Shown in pieces: positions 48,354 to 59,648 of a DNA stretch of 64,000 nucleotides. Numbering within the stretch: the stretch's first letter is position 1; every line of letters starts with the position of its first letter. The notes under the pieces were generated by a model that saw nothing but the letters and a program-made list of their open reading frames with translations, was not told where the DNA came from and did not search any database. The DNA comes from Macrostomum lignano. Taxonomy: Eukaryota. A program made the position numbers and the translations under genes. The stretch spans positions 48,645 to 112,644 of the forward strand of contig NIVC01001898.1 in the NCBI GenBank assembly GCA_002269645.1, in the 5' to 3' direction.

Positions 48354-50219
48354 CACAGATACTATAAACACTAGATAGGCCACTCCAGCTAATTTTCACA
48401 ACATGACAGTTTACTCTACTTTTTGCTTAGTAGTAGTAAAAACATTTTAGCATCATTTATATTTTTTAAAAATAAAAAAACAATGAATGCAATCCGGCAA
48501 TTGTATTGATTTTATTTGCAAAAAGAAACTTATAATTATACTTTCTACAATTCAAAGCAACATTGTGAATGCTTTAGATTGCATTGAAGGCTATATTATT
48601 GCAGTCAACTATTGTATATTTAGCAAATACAAGCTATATCATATACTCCATATTCATATAGCAAAATAGAAAGATTTCTCATCTTAATCAGTTCATCTGT
48701 TTGTGAAACTTTCGCAGCATGCTGTCGAAGCACAGGGTCGCCAGTTGCCTTTGTTCAGAGGCAACATTCAGCATGGCCCAACAGATGAAAAAAAACTGCC
48801 AAATGCGCCTCTTCAAGGTCCAGGGATGTATCCAATGGAGCCAATCCTCAGTGGTTTCGTAACAGGCAGCCGATAAGCAGCAGGACATTTGTGGTATAGC
48901 TGCAATAAGCTGCTGATGAGATGACATCCTTTGACCAGAGCACTCTTGACTGCGAGTGCCTAGTTGACCACTGGAAGCTGCACTAGCCATGCCTCCACAG
49001 TCCATGGATGCACGACTGCACTGCACTTGCCTTGACCATCAAGAGTTGCTGCTGCAGCTGCTTGATTTGCCTCTTGCTTTTGGGATTGCCGCTGCAGCCA
49101 CTTGATTTGCCTTTCACTTTCGGGATTGTTGCTGCAGCTGCTTGATTGTTGCCTCTAGCGCTTGGAACCCGCAAATCGGCTGCAGAGGTGAGAGCTTTCA
49201 GCCGCAATAGCTGTTCTTGGCGCAGAATCTGGTAGCAAAAGGTTGCTCTGCCACAGCACTGGCAGCAGGCAAGTCGCAGGCTCGGCTGCAGATAGATTGC
49301 TAATTGGCCCTAGCACTGGAGGGTACATGTCGTCTGCCTCTTTATTGTTTATCAGTCCTTTGCACAGAGGGTAGCTGGTCTATTTGAACGAGCCGAGGCA
49401 GCATCAACTCTTGGTGTGGGATTGCGTCCCAGCAAAAACAGATGTCTTGCACATCCGTGGCACTTTGTAAGGCAGCAGTAAGCCTCGTCCATAAAGTGCA
49501 AGCTGAACACACGTAGGCCCTGTGATTTAATTGTTTATAAAGGTCAGTATCCACACTCTTGCAGTAGCTACTACTAGCGCTTTGCTAGTGTCATCTTTAG
49601 GTAATTTATGCATTCGCAACGGATTTTCTTTCTTGGATATTAATAGCACTAATACAGAGCTTGTGCAAGTAGGAGCACAGCAGTGGTTCAAATCAAAACA
49701 TTTCTACAAGTACGAGATTAGATAAAAAAAAACTAGTATACACTCAAACTTTCTTTAACTGACTCTTAAAGAGTTTATCTATATAAGCTTGTATTTAAGC
49801 ACAATTTGCCACCCTCAAATTTTCTAACCCACAACCTCTCAACCCCCACCCCTAACCCAGGCTAGCTATGTGCAGTCTTTTATTTTCTATCCCACTACCA
49901 GTGGGCCTAAATTATCAATCCACTCACCCTGCCTTGTGAAACTGATATTAACCCTATTCCAGACTACCCCCTTTCCTCCACTTTGAAAGATAGCAGCATT
50001 GTACACTGTCTGTCGCGTCTTAATGTACACCATTATTGCACAAAACAAGTTAGTTGTTTATAGCATTAGCAAAACGATGTCTCAAAAACAATCACTCAAT
50101 TTGTCTAATTTAGCAAATAATACTGTTGCTTCCTTTCATTGCTACTAAATAGAAAGTAAAATAAAAAACTTGCCTAGAAAATTAGCCTGAGTGGCCTATC
50201 TGGGTTTATAGTATCTGTG
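48354..50219 (-). mobile_element. Decayed P-superfamily element with THAP-domain transposase remnant
   Basis: About 44-bp TIRs starting CACAGATACTATAAAC; 8-bp TSD CTCCTACC/CTCTTACC. Minus-strand remnants CCAPTC...HKLPKD, LRVFSLHFMDEAY (THAP-like) and LATLCFDSM (resembling the P transposase first catalytic-Asp motif). Confidence 0.82.
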
Positions 50220-52008
50220 CTCTTACCTAATAGTCACTTAGACTTAGTAAATTATTTAATAAAATGCCTATTGATAAAGTGACTAGGCCTAGCTTAATAC
50301 CTATTTAAAACAAGCATTTATTCAATACTTTTAAATAAAATTTTGCTATTAAGGCCTAGATAGAATAAATACCTAAAATAAATTCATTGACTTTTCTTTT
50401 ATTAATATTATTATTAGGCCCCTATTGCTGGTAATAAATGAAAATATAACTTAGTAAAATGATAGGCCTAGGCTAGGCCTAGTTTGGCTAGGGCCTAGAA
50501 TCTAGAAATTTTAATTTTTTTATAAAATACTAGGCCCCTATTTAACTATAATTATAAATAATATCTATCAAAATTATATTAGCTTATAGCTATATGCCTA
50601 TATAACTTGTTTTGACCAATAATGCAACTTTCAAAGCAACTTACAACCTTTTATATAATCCTTTATGTAGCTTTGCTTTCTTTTACAATTTGATAAAAGA
50701 ATGATAGGGCCTAAATTTTAGCATTTTGCTTTTTTATTTTGCATTCCTAATCCTAGTGTTACTGTACTTTTTCTTTATTTTCCCTTTGATCTATTCTATT
50801 GTAGGCCTTAGTAGGCCCTATACTTTTTTAATTTTGGTTTTCAATTTTGTTACATACATTTAGCCAGACTAGCACTAGCTAGGCCTAGGTCAACTAGTAA
50901 TTCTATATGTATGTCTATTATACTTAGTAGTCTTAGAATGTTATAATTTCAAATTCTAAGAATTTAATAGGCATTAATGTTCTTTTTATTTACAACACAG
51001 TAGATGTATGTATTGTAGATCTAGTAGGGGCAGGGGGCCGAGCCGCCAAGGTGTAGGACCAAGACCGCCACACTTGGGGGAGGAATTTGGCTCGCCATGT
51101 TATTGGATGGTGCTGGGGAGGGTGAGATAGGGAGAGTCAACAGGACAAGGCCGCGAGAGAGGAACCGGCCTTCAGAGCGACCGTGGGTGATCCCTCCTCG
51201 TTTTTTCATTCAATTTGAATTGTAAAGGAACTATCAATCCTAAATAAACAGCTACTTTTAGTAGAAAGCTGGGAAAAAAGCTCTTGACTTAATTGCATTC
51301 TTAATTCGCAGTTTCGAATGTGGTCTTTGAGTTGGTTGTCATTGTTATAATTTGTTATAATGTGAGTTTTCATGTGTGATTCAAGCATGTCCGATTGCCA
51401 ATGCAAATATGCCAATTCGATCGCAGGCAGGCAGGCCAACATGCACATGTATTTAGAGGTTACCGGGTGGTGAATCGTGCAGCCATACCGTTGTTATTAC
51501 GTGTACATGTACAGGCTTCAATTCCTATAAAAACGACACTTAAGTAGCGATCTGTGATATGTGAGCTGCTGGGCCTCAATCGAGTTGTATGAGGCCTGGT
51601 AAGCAGTTTTCATACTCACTTTTGAATCACTCAATCACTAACTCACTCACTCTCTCACCTTCTACATGTGTATCTGAATCTCACTCGCTCACTCACTCAC
51701 TCGCACACTTGATCACTCACTCAAAAGTTACTGTGATCGCTCTTAATGCAATAAAAATGTATGGCACGAAAATGCATGTACATCATATGCACATGTAATC
51801 GTTTACTTTAATTTCGGATGTTCTCCCTGTTCATTAAAAAATACGTTCTAAAACTATTTGTACGAATAAAAAGCAACAATTGTACATTTGTACATCACAT
51901 TGGGTACCAGTGTACTGTGCAGTTCTGATCTATACCATACAACAGACGGACAGTATATCGCTACACTTGCTTTTAATTTACCATGCAATTGACAATGATC
52001 GACCTGGT

Positions 52009-52400
<392 letters not shown>

Positions 52401-53859
52401 AGATCGAGATCTTCTAACCCCTCTCCATATATTCTCTCATATTACATGTACATGTACATTTACTATCATCCTCTCCCTTTGCTTTCTCCGAAATTCTCGG
52501 CTTTGAGTACACAATAAAATACACACAATGCTCGTACATATGTACAGACATTCTCATAGGCATTGGGCCTAAGATGCGCTTTTTCTGTTATGTGAGTGAA
52601 CGATAGTGGTTAACAATTGCTTTCGTCAAAATACATGTAAACCTTCGTCAAAATGAATGGCACTTCTAAATCCACGTACCATAGCACATATCAAGTCGCA
52701 TAATATTTGTTTGTCCGTAATGCACTACGCACCCAGACGCCGAATCGCTCGTATAACCATGCGAGCTCGTAAAAACTTTTCAAATTACAGCAACTTGCAA
52801 TTGAAGGCTTTTTGAAAGTAGGAAGTTAAATCTAATTATTCAAGATTTTGCTCTCAAAAGCAGTATTCATGCTCATCTACTGTTAAAAGTAACAAATTGT
52901 GGTTTTGTTAAAGATATTGTTAAAATTGCCCTGGTTGACTTGCAATCGTTTTGGGCCACTTATTCGTCTTATTCGTGACCAATCTTGGGACGCTTCCTCC
53001 TCATCTAACTCCACAACCCTTCACAACCAATAGCATTAATGCTGGAAGATTGGTAGCTCCCCCTCAATTCCAGTAGCCAGTAAGAGCTGTGGCGGTCTTG
53101 GTGTGGCGGTCTTGGTCGTGCGCCGCCGCCAAAGCCAAGTCCCCCTTCAGCTATTGTCAAAAAACTTTGGGCCATACTTTTTAGCTTGCAAATATGCCAG
53201 GTCTATTTTCCAATCTTGGGTTGTAGTGCTTGGTAAAGCTGCCCCCGTTAAAATTTTTCTGGATCATACCTAATTTGCATAATTATTTTTTAAGTGCTAA
53301 CAAAGTTTTTGTAAGGCTTTAGTTAGGCTTTAAGTATATAGGACTTTAGGCTTTAAATATAAATGACTTTAGGCTTTACTATTGCTTTAGCTAGTCTAAG
53401 ACATAACTAAGATTAGAAGGCTGTTGCACTAGAAAATCTTGTAGGCCTATGCGTATGGAATCTTTCATAGGCCAGCTAATTGGCTATAGCATAGCTGCCA
53501 AGCCCAAGGGCTTAGATGTTTTGCTATGTTATAAACTTTTAATCTTTTTTTCCATAAAAGTTACCACTATTTTCTCGGGCAATAAATAAAATGCTTGTAT
53601 TTCCAATATGTATAATTTTCGTGAAATAACGTCTCCTATTTTTTTTCTAGGAAATGAAGTTTTCCCCTTAGGCCTACTCCTTTTATTGGCGTCGTTGACC
53701 TTGGGCAATACCGTATCGTCGGGATTCATATTCTTTGTGTTTGTAAGAAACACAGTTACCAGGTTGCAAAATAATAACTCCTTGATTTTGATTGACTTCG
53801 CATTTAGAACCTTAACCTGAAGCTCAAAAAACAATCACGATTTAAACAGCTGCAGATAC

Positions 53860-54846
53860 TGAGGTAGGGGCGGAGAAGAAAATAAAAAAATAAACTTTTT
53901 GAAATCGGTCGGTTGCTGACACCAATGAGGTGGGGCGGTTCAACTTTGAATTGCCGCCTGTGTTGTCTCGGCACTCGTAAAGCCGGAAAATTTCACGAAC
54001 TGATTCGTATAGCTTCTCTTTTGATACTCCGTCTGCCGGGTCCTCAATTCCGGGGGAGGGTAGTCGTAATTCGAAGTCGAGCAGTCTTTTAACGGCACGG
54101 TCGTTCAGTTGGGTCCTCAGACGCCGTAAATTTGTCGATATGCTCGGTTTGTTACTGTCAGTAGTAAGGTAGCGCTGCCACCACCGTCATTTCGTATTAC
54201 GGAACGTTGAGGGTCTCAGAGCTTTCTTTGAGTTGAGACAAATTAATTTGTTTGACGCCCGTGGGCAAGTGATTCAATAAAACTAAAGGCTTCGATTAAG
54301 GGCGAACGAAAATAATTATTAGATTGGTTATTATTATTTGTCCAGTTGAATAAATATGACGTTAAGCAAAGTCATTAAGACTTATTGCTGGATATTAAAT
54401 AGTCGCGACGGCGAGACTAATTCGGCGGTGCCGAGGGTGCAAGCTAGGATACTAAAAGTAGAAGTTACGCACTGAGTTCAAGCAAGTAAACGGAAGAAAA
54501 AAAGAAGGGAGCGGGAGGAGAGGAACGGTTGAGCAACATAGCAAAACACGGCTTATAAATAGTAATGGGCGCAGCAAAACCCAGGGGGTGGGGCACCGAG
54601 TGGAAGAGAGAAAGGGGCACCCAGAGGAACAGGGAAAAGCCGGCCGCTGGAAACGGTAAAACAAAACGGACCAGGGGATGGAACAGCGGGAGGAGCAAAC
54701 AGGGGAGCAACGGCCGGGACAACCGGGGGGACAGCCAAGGGGACAACCAATGAAACTCATGACGTCAGTCAATTCAGCAGGTGGAAAGCCGCCTTGTCCG
54801 CTGGTGACCTGCTGTCGTCCTCCGAGTGGTAGACCGGCCTACCACA
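53860..54846. mobile_element. Candidate solo LTR (987 bp)
   Basis: TG...CA ends (TGAGG / CCACA) flanked by a 4-bp ATAC duplication, with a TATAAATAG motif near 54555. A 4-bp match could be chance. Confidence 0.35.
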
Positions 54847-55105
54847 ATACCTTTTAATTTTCTTTGAAAATAAGAAAAGTTGTTTTTATAACAAAATGAT
54901 AATACGATGATTAACGTTGTAGTTCAATCAGGACACGTATTGACGTAACACTACACTATAAATTTTAAATTAATACATGATACTGTATAAATATACTTTT
55001 AGTACAAGCTTAAGTCGTAAAACCAGAACAGCGTTACAGCGCCTGCTACAAGGCCGCTACAAGGCTATAGCAAGGACGACTTAAGTAGAAGGACGGGAAA
55101 CCTCG

Positions 55106-55371
55106 TGTGGTAAATCAGCTATGCTGCTTGTTTAAAGTGGTTGAAGACTACGAGAGAGCTATCAAAGCTCTGATGTCTGTATTATATTGTAAAGCGATGC
55201 TACGTGCGCGAGAGTGATGACATAATTTAAGCGTACACAATTTGCCCATAACTCAAATAGCAAAAACTCAAACCTAACGTGCCAAGCTTGCATAGATAAT
55301 AATAGAGAAAGAAATAATAGGAAAGTACAAATACAAATCAATACTCGTACTGAGTGCATGCACATACTGGT
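55106..55371 (-). repeat. 3' LTR (266 bp; lacks the first 12 nt of the 5' LTR)
   Basis: By eye, identical to 59370-59636 except one T indel. Confidence 0.95.
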
Positions 55372-55412
55372 GATTCAAGATTAGTTTGTGAGTCAAGTCA
55401 GTGTCACAAGGT

Positions 55413-58400
55413 TCAATCACTGCCCGCCTGAAACCTGGCAGGCGCGAGCCGTATGCGTTCTGGATATCGGCGCATTGCTCCGGCGTGCTGTCCAGCGACT
55501 TCCGTGATCGGAGCAGGAGCAGGTCCAGCGAGAGCAGCTGTCGGGGCCGCTGCCGAAGTCTCCGAAGTTGAGCTGTCCGGGCCCACCTCAGACCGCGGTG
55601 TCGGTTCGGAAATTGACGGTGGTACTCGGTCGGGTGCCGCGACAGCCGGTACTACTGGAGGCTGCTGACGCTGCTCTGGCAGGAGTTGGTCGATGTGGCG
55701 CTGGACGATGCCCTCGCCGACCTTGACATCGTAGTTGCGCTTGCTCGCCGCCATGACGAGGCCGGGCCGCCAGCCGGCATCCTTGCCGAAGGTCTTCACT
55801 CGCACGGTGTCACCAACTTCGAAGGACCGGGCTTGGCGGGGCGTCGAGTCGGTGCTCGCACTCTGACGGTGTCGCATCTGTTCAGTCAGGGACGGTCGCA
55901 GGAGGTCCAGCCGGGATCGCAGGCGACGTCCGAATAGCAGTTCGCTTGGTGAGGCACCGGTGCTCGAATGCGGCGTGATCCGGTAGGCAAACAGGAAGCG
56001 CTGCATGGCTTCCGCAGAGTGACCCGACTTCCTGATGTGGGATTTCAGCGTCTGCACGAATCTTTCGGCCTGTCCGTTGGTGGCCGGGTGGTAGGGCGCT
56101 GAAGTCACGTGCCGGATCCCGTTGCTACGCATGAAGTCAGCGAACTCACGAGAGGCGAACTGGGGGCCGTTGTCGGAGACGAGAATCCTTGGCAGGCCCA
56201 AGTGGCAGAATACGTCACGGAGATGCCCGATGGTCCCGCCAGCAGACGTGTCGCTGATGAGGCGAACTTCGGGCCATTTGCTGTAGGCGTCGACAATGAC
56301 TATGTACACTCGACCGTTGACTGGGCCGGCGAAGTCGACATGTAGGCGGCTCCATGGTTCGTTGGGGAACAGCCAGGGATGCACTGGAGCCTTTGCTGGG
56401 TCTGCCTGATGAGCTCTGCAGGTGTCGCACTCTCTCCCAAGCTGCTCTAGTTCCTTGTCTAGCCCAGGCCACCAAACGAAGCTCCGTGCGAGGGCCTTCA
56501 TTCGGCTCGCACCGAGATGTGCCAGATGCAGCTCCCGCAGCACCGACTGGCGCAGGGTGTCCGGGATAACGACGCGAGATCCCATCAGCACACAACCGGC
56601 TTCGACTGAAAGCTCTGCTTGACGATGGGCGAAGTCCGGGAAGTCGTTAGCTGGCAGCTCCTGTCCCGACCGCAGGGCCCACAGCAGCTTTGACAGTGCC
56701 GTGTCGGCTTGAGTTGCCTTGGCAATGGCAGCAGCAGTCACTGCGACGCTCGAATCGTCCTCTAGAGTGAGCGAGTGTACCGCGGCTTCTTCGACGAAGT
56801 TGCCCTTGAGCGGCAGGCGGGAGAGGGAATCGCAGTTTCCGTGCTTCTCGGTCGGCCGGAACTCCATGGAGTACTGGTAGCCCGATAGTCGGATGGCCCA
56901 CCTCTGCATTCTGGCAGCAGCGCGCGTCGGGATTTCCTTGTCCGGGCCCAGCAGTCCGAGGAGCGGCCGATGATCCGTCACGATGGTGAAGTGGCGACCG
57001 TAAAGAAATTGGTGAAAGCGCTGCACGCCGTAGATGATTGCCAGCGCCTCCTTGTCCACCTGGGAGTAATTGCGCTGGGCTGAGGTCAGAGACTTGCTGG
57101 CGAACGCGATCGCTTGGTCTTGGCCATTCACGCGGTGGCTGAGCACGACGCCAATGCCGTATGCTGACGCGTCGCACTCCAGCCGAAGAGGCAAGTCCGG
57201 GTTGAAGTGCATCAGGGCACCAGAGTCCAGCAACAGCTGCTTTGAAGCACGGAAGGCCTGGTCCTCGGGATCGCCCCACTTCCAAGTTGCGCCCTTGGTA
57301 AGCAGGTGGTTGAGAGGTGCTACAACCGACGCCAAGTTGGGCAGGAACTTTGCATAGTGAGTCAGCATGCCCAGGTAGGAGCGCACCTGACTCACATCGG
57401 TCGGCGCCGGCGCACGCTGCACGGCCTCGATCTTGTCAGCGAGTGGCCGCAAACCGTGACGGTCGATCCGGTGACCCAGGTAGTCGATCGAATCTCTGAA
57501 GAAGGCGCACTTGGTCACGTTGATGTGCAGACCGGCCTCTTGCAGCTTGTGCAGCACTTGCATCAGGTTGGCCTTGTGCGCAGCCAATGTAGAGCCCGTC
57601 ACCAAGATGTCATCCTGGTAGACTTGAACACCGTCGAGGTGCCCCACCAGGGTGTCGAGCACGCGCTGGAAGATGGCGCTGGCCGAGCAGATGCCGAAGG
57701 GCAAGCGGTTGACTTGAAACAGTCCTCGCTGGGTGTTGACGACGAGGAACTGCTTGCTATCCTCGGAGATCGGCAGCTGCATAAACGCCTTGGCCAGGTC
57801 GAGCTTGCTCCACTTGTAGCCGCCGCCCAGCCGTGCGAACAGGTTCTCGATCCTCGGCAATGGATAGTGCTCCTGCTTGGCCACGCGGTTGAAGGTGCAT
57901 TTGTAGTCTCCGCATATGCGCACCGAGCCATCCTTCTTAACGACCGGAACAATCGGCGCCGCCCAGTCGGAGGTGGTGATTGGAGTGATGACGCCCTCTG
58001 CTTCCATTCGCTGCAGCTCCTTGTCTACGCTGTCCCGCAGGGCGTAAGGTACTGGCCGGGCCTTGTAGAAACGGGGCGTGGCGCTGTCCTGGACGTGCAA
58101 CTTCACCTCCCCCAGTCGGTACTTGCCCAGGTTGTCCGCGAAGACGTCTGGAAACTGCTGAATTATTTCTGCAGCGATGTCGTTGGGGTTCTCCGCTACG
58201 GCGTTGACTGGAGCAGTCAAGCGGGGCCAGTCCAGTCGGATGGCCGTCAGCCAGTTGCGGCCAAGGAGCCGAGCGCCGCCTTCGGACACGATAAGCAGTG
58301 GCAGCGCATAGGACTGTCCCTCATAGTTGATACTGACAGTCACCTCGCCGAGCGGGCAAAACTCCTGGTCAGTGTAGGTACGCAGTGTGGTCCTCGATGG

Positions 58401-58769
58401 GCGCAGCGGTAGGTGGCTGAGATGCTGGTCGTAGAAGGACTTTGGTGCCAAGCTGACAGCTGATCCGGTGTCCAGCTCAAACTGCGTCAGCGTCTTTTCC
58501 ACCTGCAGAGGCACCATGATGGCCGACCGGGAGGCGCTCGATACGTGGAAGATGGGCTCCTCCTCCTGTTCGTCCTCTGTGGCGGAGTCAGACTCGTCTA
58601 CCATCTTGATGGAAGCATTGGATGAACGGCAGACCTTCTTGAGATGACCGAGCCTGCCGCAGCCGTCGCACTTGGCGCTGCGATGCCTGCAGGTCTGTCG
58701 CGAATGAGAGCCTCCGCAGCTGTCGCAACGGTTAGTCTTGGGCGATGCCGCGCCGGCAGATGGTCTCAT
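55413..58769 (-). CDS. pol: Gypsy nucleocapsid-pol: two Zn knuckles, aspartic protease, RT, RNase H, integrase
   Basis: CDSCGGSH...C and CDGCGRLGH...C knuckles; LDTGS; YQDDILV; CDASAYG; HLAH...CDTC; VDFAGP, SDNGPQF and NGQAERFV. Confidence 0.96.
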   Translation of the reverse strand: MRPSAGAASPKTNRCDSCGGSHSRQTCRHRSAKCDGCGRLGHLKKVCRSSNASIKMVDESDSATEDEQEEEPIFHVSSASRSAIMVPLQVEKTLTQFELDTGSAVSLAPKSFYDQHLSHLPLRPSRTTLRTYTDQEFCPLGEVTVSINYEGQSYALPLLIVSEGGARLLGRNWLTAIRLDWPRLTAPVNAVAENPNDIAAEIIQQFPDVFADNLGKYRLGEVKLHVQDSATPRFYKARPVPYALRDSVDKELQRMEAEGVITPITTSDWAAPIVPVVKKDGSVRICGDYKCTFNRVAKQEHYPLPRIENLFARLGGGYKWSKLDLAKAFMQLPISEDSKQFLVVNTQRGLFQVNRLPFGICSASAIFQRVLDTLVGHLDGVQVYQDDILVTGSTLAAHKANLMQVLHKLQEAGLHINVTKCAFFRDSIDYLGHRIDRHGLRPLADKIEAVQRAPAPTDVSQVRSYLGMLTHYAKFLPNLASVVAPLNHLLTKGATWKWGDPEDQAFRASKQLLLDSGALMHFNPDLPLRLECDASAYGIGVVLSHRVNGQDQAIAFASKSLTSAQRNYSQVDKEALAIIYGVQRFHQFLYGRHFTIVTDHRPLLGLLGPDKEIPTRAAARMQRWAIRLSGYQYSMEFRPTEKHGNCDSLSRLPLKGNFVEEAAVHSLTLEDDSSVAVTAAAIAKATQADTALSKLLWALRSGQELPANDFPDFAHRQAELSVEAGCVLMGSRVVIPDTLRQSVLRELHLAHLGASRMKALARSFVWWPGLDKELEQLGRECDTCRAHQADPAKAPVHPWLFPNEPWSRLHVDFAGPVNGRVYIVIVDAYSKWPEVRLISDTSAGGTIGHLRDVFCHLGLPRILVSDNGPQFASREFADFMRSNGIRHVTSAPYHPATNGQAERFVQTLKSHIRKSGHSAEAMQRFLFAYRITPHSSTGASPSELLFGRRLRSRLDLLRPSLTEQMRHRQSASTDSTPRQARSFEVGDTVRVKTFGKDAGWRPGLVMAASKRNYDVKVGEGIVQRHIDQLLPEQRQQPPVVPAVAAPDRVPPSISEPTPRSEVGPDSSTSETSAAAPTAALAGPAPAPITEVAGQHAGAMRRYPERIRLAPARFQAGSD

Positions 58770-58778
58770 CGAGTTGGC

Positions 58779-59369
58779 TTACCTGCTGCTGGGGCGTGCG
58801 GTCGCAGCTGGTTGAGCCGTGACTCGGTGTGTAGACGACGGTAGCGACATTTCGCTTGAAGATCTCTGCGAAGTCTCCAAGGAAATAGCCAGGGTGGTCA
58901 GCGCCTCGTAGGAGTTGTTCGCACTCTCCAACAACTTGGAGCGCATTGCATCGCTACTCATGCCAAATACCAGCTGATCACGAAGTCGCTCATTCAGTGT
59001 TGAGCCGAAATTGCAGTGCACCGCCGCAGACTTGAGACCTGCCAGGAAGACTGTGAACGATTCGCCTTCTTGCTGCATCCTGCGCTGAAACTTGAATCTG
59101 GCAGCAATCTCGGAAGGAGCAGGTGAGCAGTGGTTCTTAAGGACGTCTCTGAGTTGCTCGAATGTCTTAGTGGTCAGCTTGTCCGGATGGCACAGGTCCC
59201 GAAGCAGTTTGTGGTGTTTCTCTCCAATGGCAGTGAGAAATGTAGCGCGCTTGTCCTCGGTGGACTCGACCTTGTTGCAGATGAAATACTGCTCCATTCT
59301 CTCCGCGTAAATCTCGAAGTCGGAGTCTTGTGTGAGCTCCGGAATCCGTCCATTTGAACTCGTCGCCAT
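58779..59369 (-). CDS. gag: Gypsy gag (capsid), in frame with pol but ended by TAA
   Basis: Mag-type gag motifs (YAERMEQYF, ARFKFQRRMQQEGES, LRDQLVFG). Confidence 0.9.
   Translation of the reverse strand: MATSSNGRIPELTQDSDFEIYAERMEQYFICNKVESTEDKRATFLTAIGEKHHKLLRDLCHPDKLTTKTFEQLRDVLKNHCSPAPSEIAARFKFQRRMQQEGESFTVFLAGLKSAAVHCNFGSTLNERLRDQLVFGMSSDAMRSKLLESANNSYEALTTLAISLETSQRSSSEMSLPSSTHRVTAQPAATARPSSR
59359..59368 (-). promoter_or_regulatory. Primer-binding site, probably tRNA-Ser(GCU), overlapping the gag ATG
   Basis: TGGCGACGAG lies 1 nt after the 5' LTR and is complementary to the ...CUCGUCGCCA 3' end of metazoan tRNA-Ser(GCU) as I recall it. Confidence 0.75.
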
Positions 59370-59648
59370 TGTGGTAAATCAGCTATGCTGCTTGTTTAAA
59401 GTGGTTGAAGACTACGAGAGAGCTATCAAAGCTCTGATGTCTGTATTTATATTGTAAAGCGATGCTACGTGCGCGAGAGTGATGACATAATTTAAGCGTA
59501 CACAATTTGCCCATAACTCAAATAGCAAAAACTCAAACCTAACGTGCCAAGCTTGCATAGATAATAATAGAGAAAGAAATAATAGGAAAGTACAAATACA
59601 AATCAATACTCGTACTGAGTGCATGCACATACTGGTAGCTACACGACA
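59370..59648 (-). repeat. 5' LTR (279 bp)
   Basis: Begins TGTCGTGTAGCT and ends CCACA on the minus strand. Confidence 0.95.

Larger units (their letters stand above)
55106..59648 (-). mobile_element. Ty3/Gypsy LTR retrotransposon (Mag-like), very recent insertion
   Basis: TG...CA termini, 5-bp TSD CCTCG (55101-55105, 59649-59653), near-identical LTRs, PBS, and gag followed by PR-RT-RH-IN order. Confidence 0.97.

Noticed and set aside
55162-55365. Duplicated short hydrophobic ORF (also 59412-59630), possible env-like or small peptide gene
   Set aside because: It lies wholly inside the LTRs, its end is disrupted by the LTR indel, and it is AT-rich non-coding-like sequence.
55453-59357. Antisense and alternate-frame ORFs within the Gypsy element (e.g. 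57306-58412, 368 aa)
   Set aside because: They are expected shadows of GC-rich coding sequence and have no recognisable motifs.
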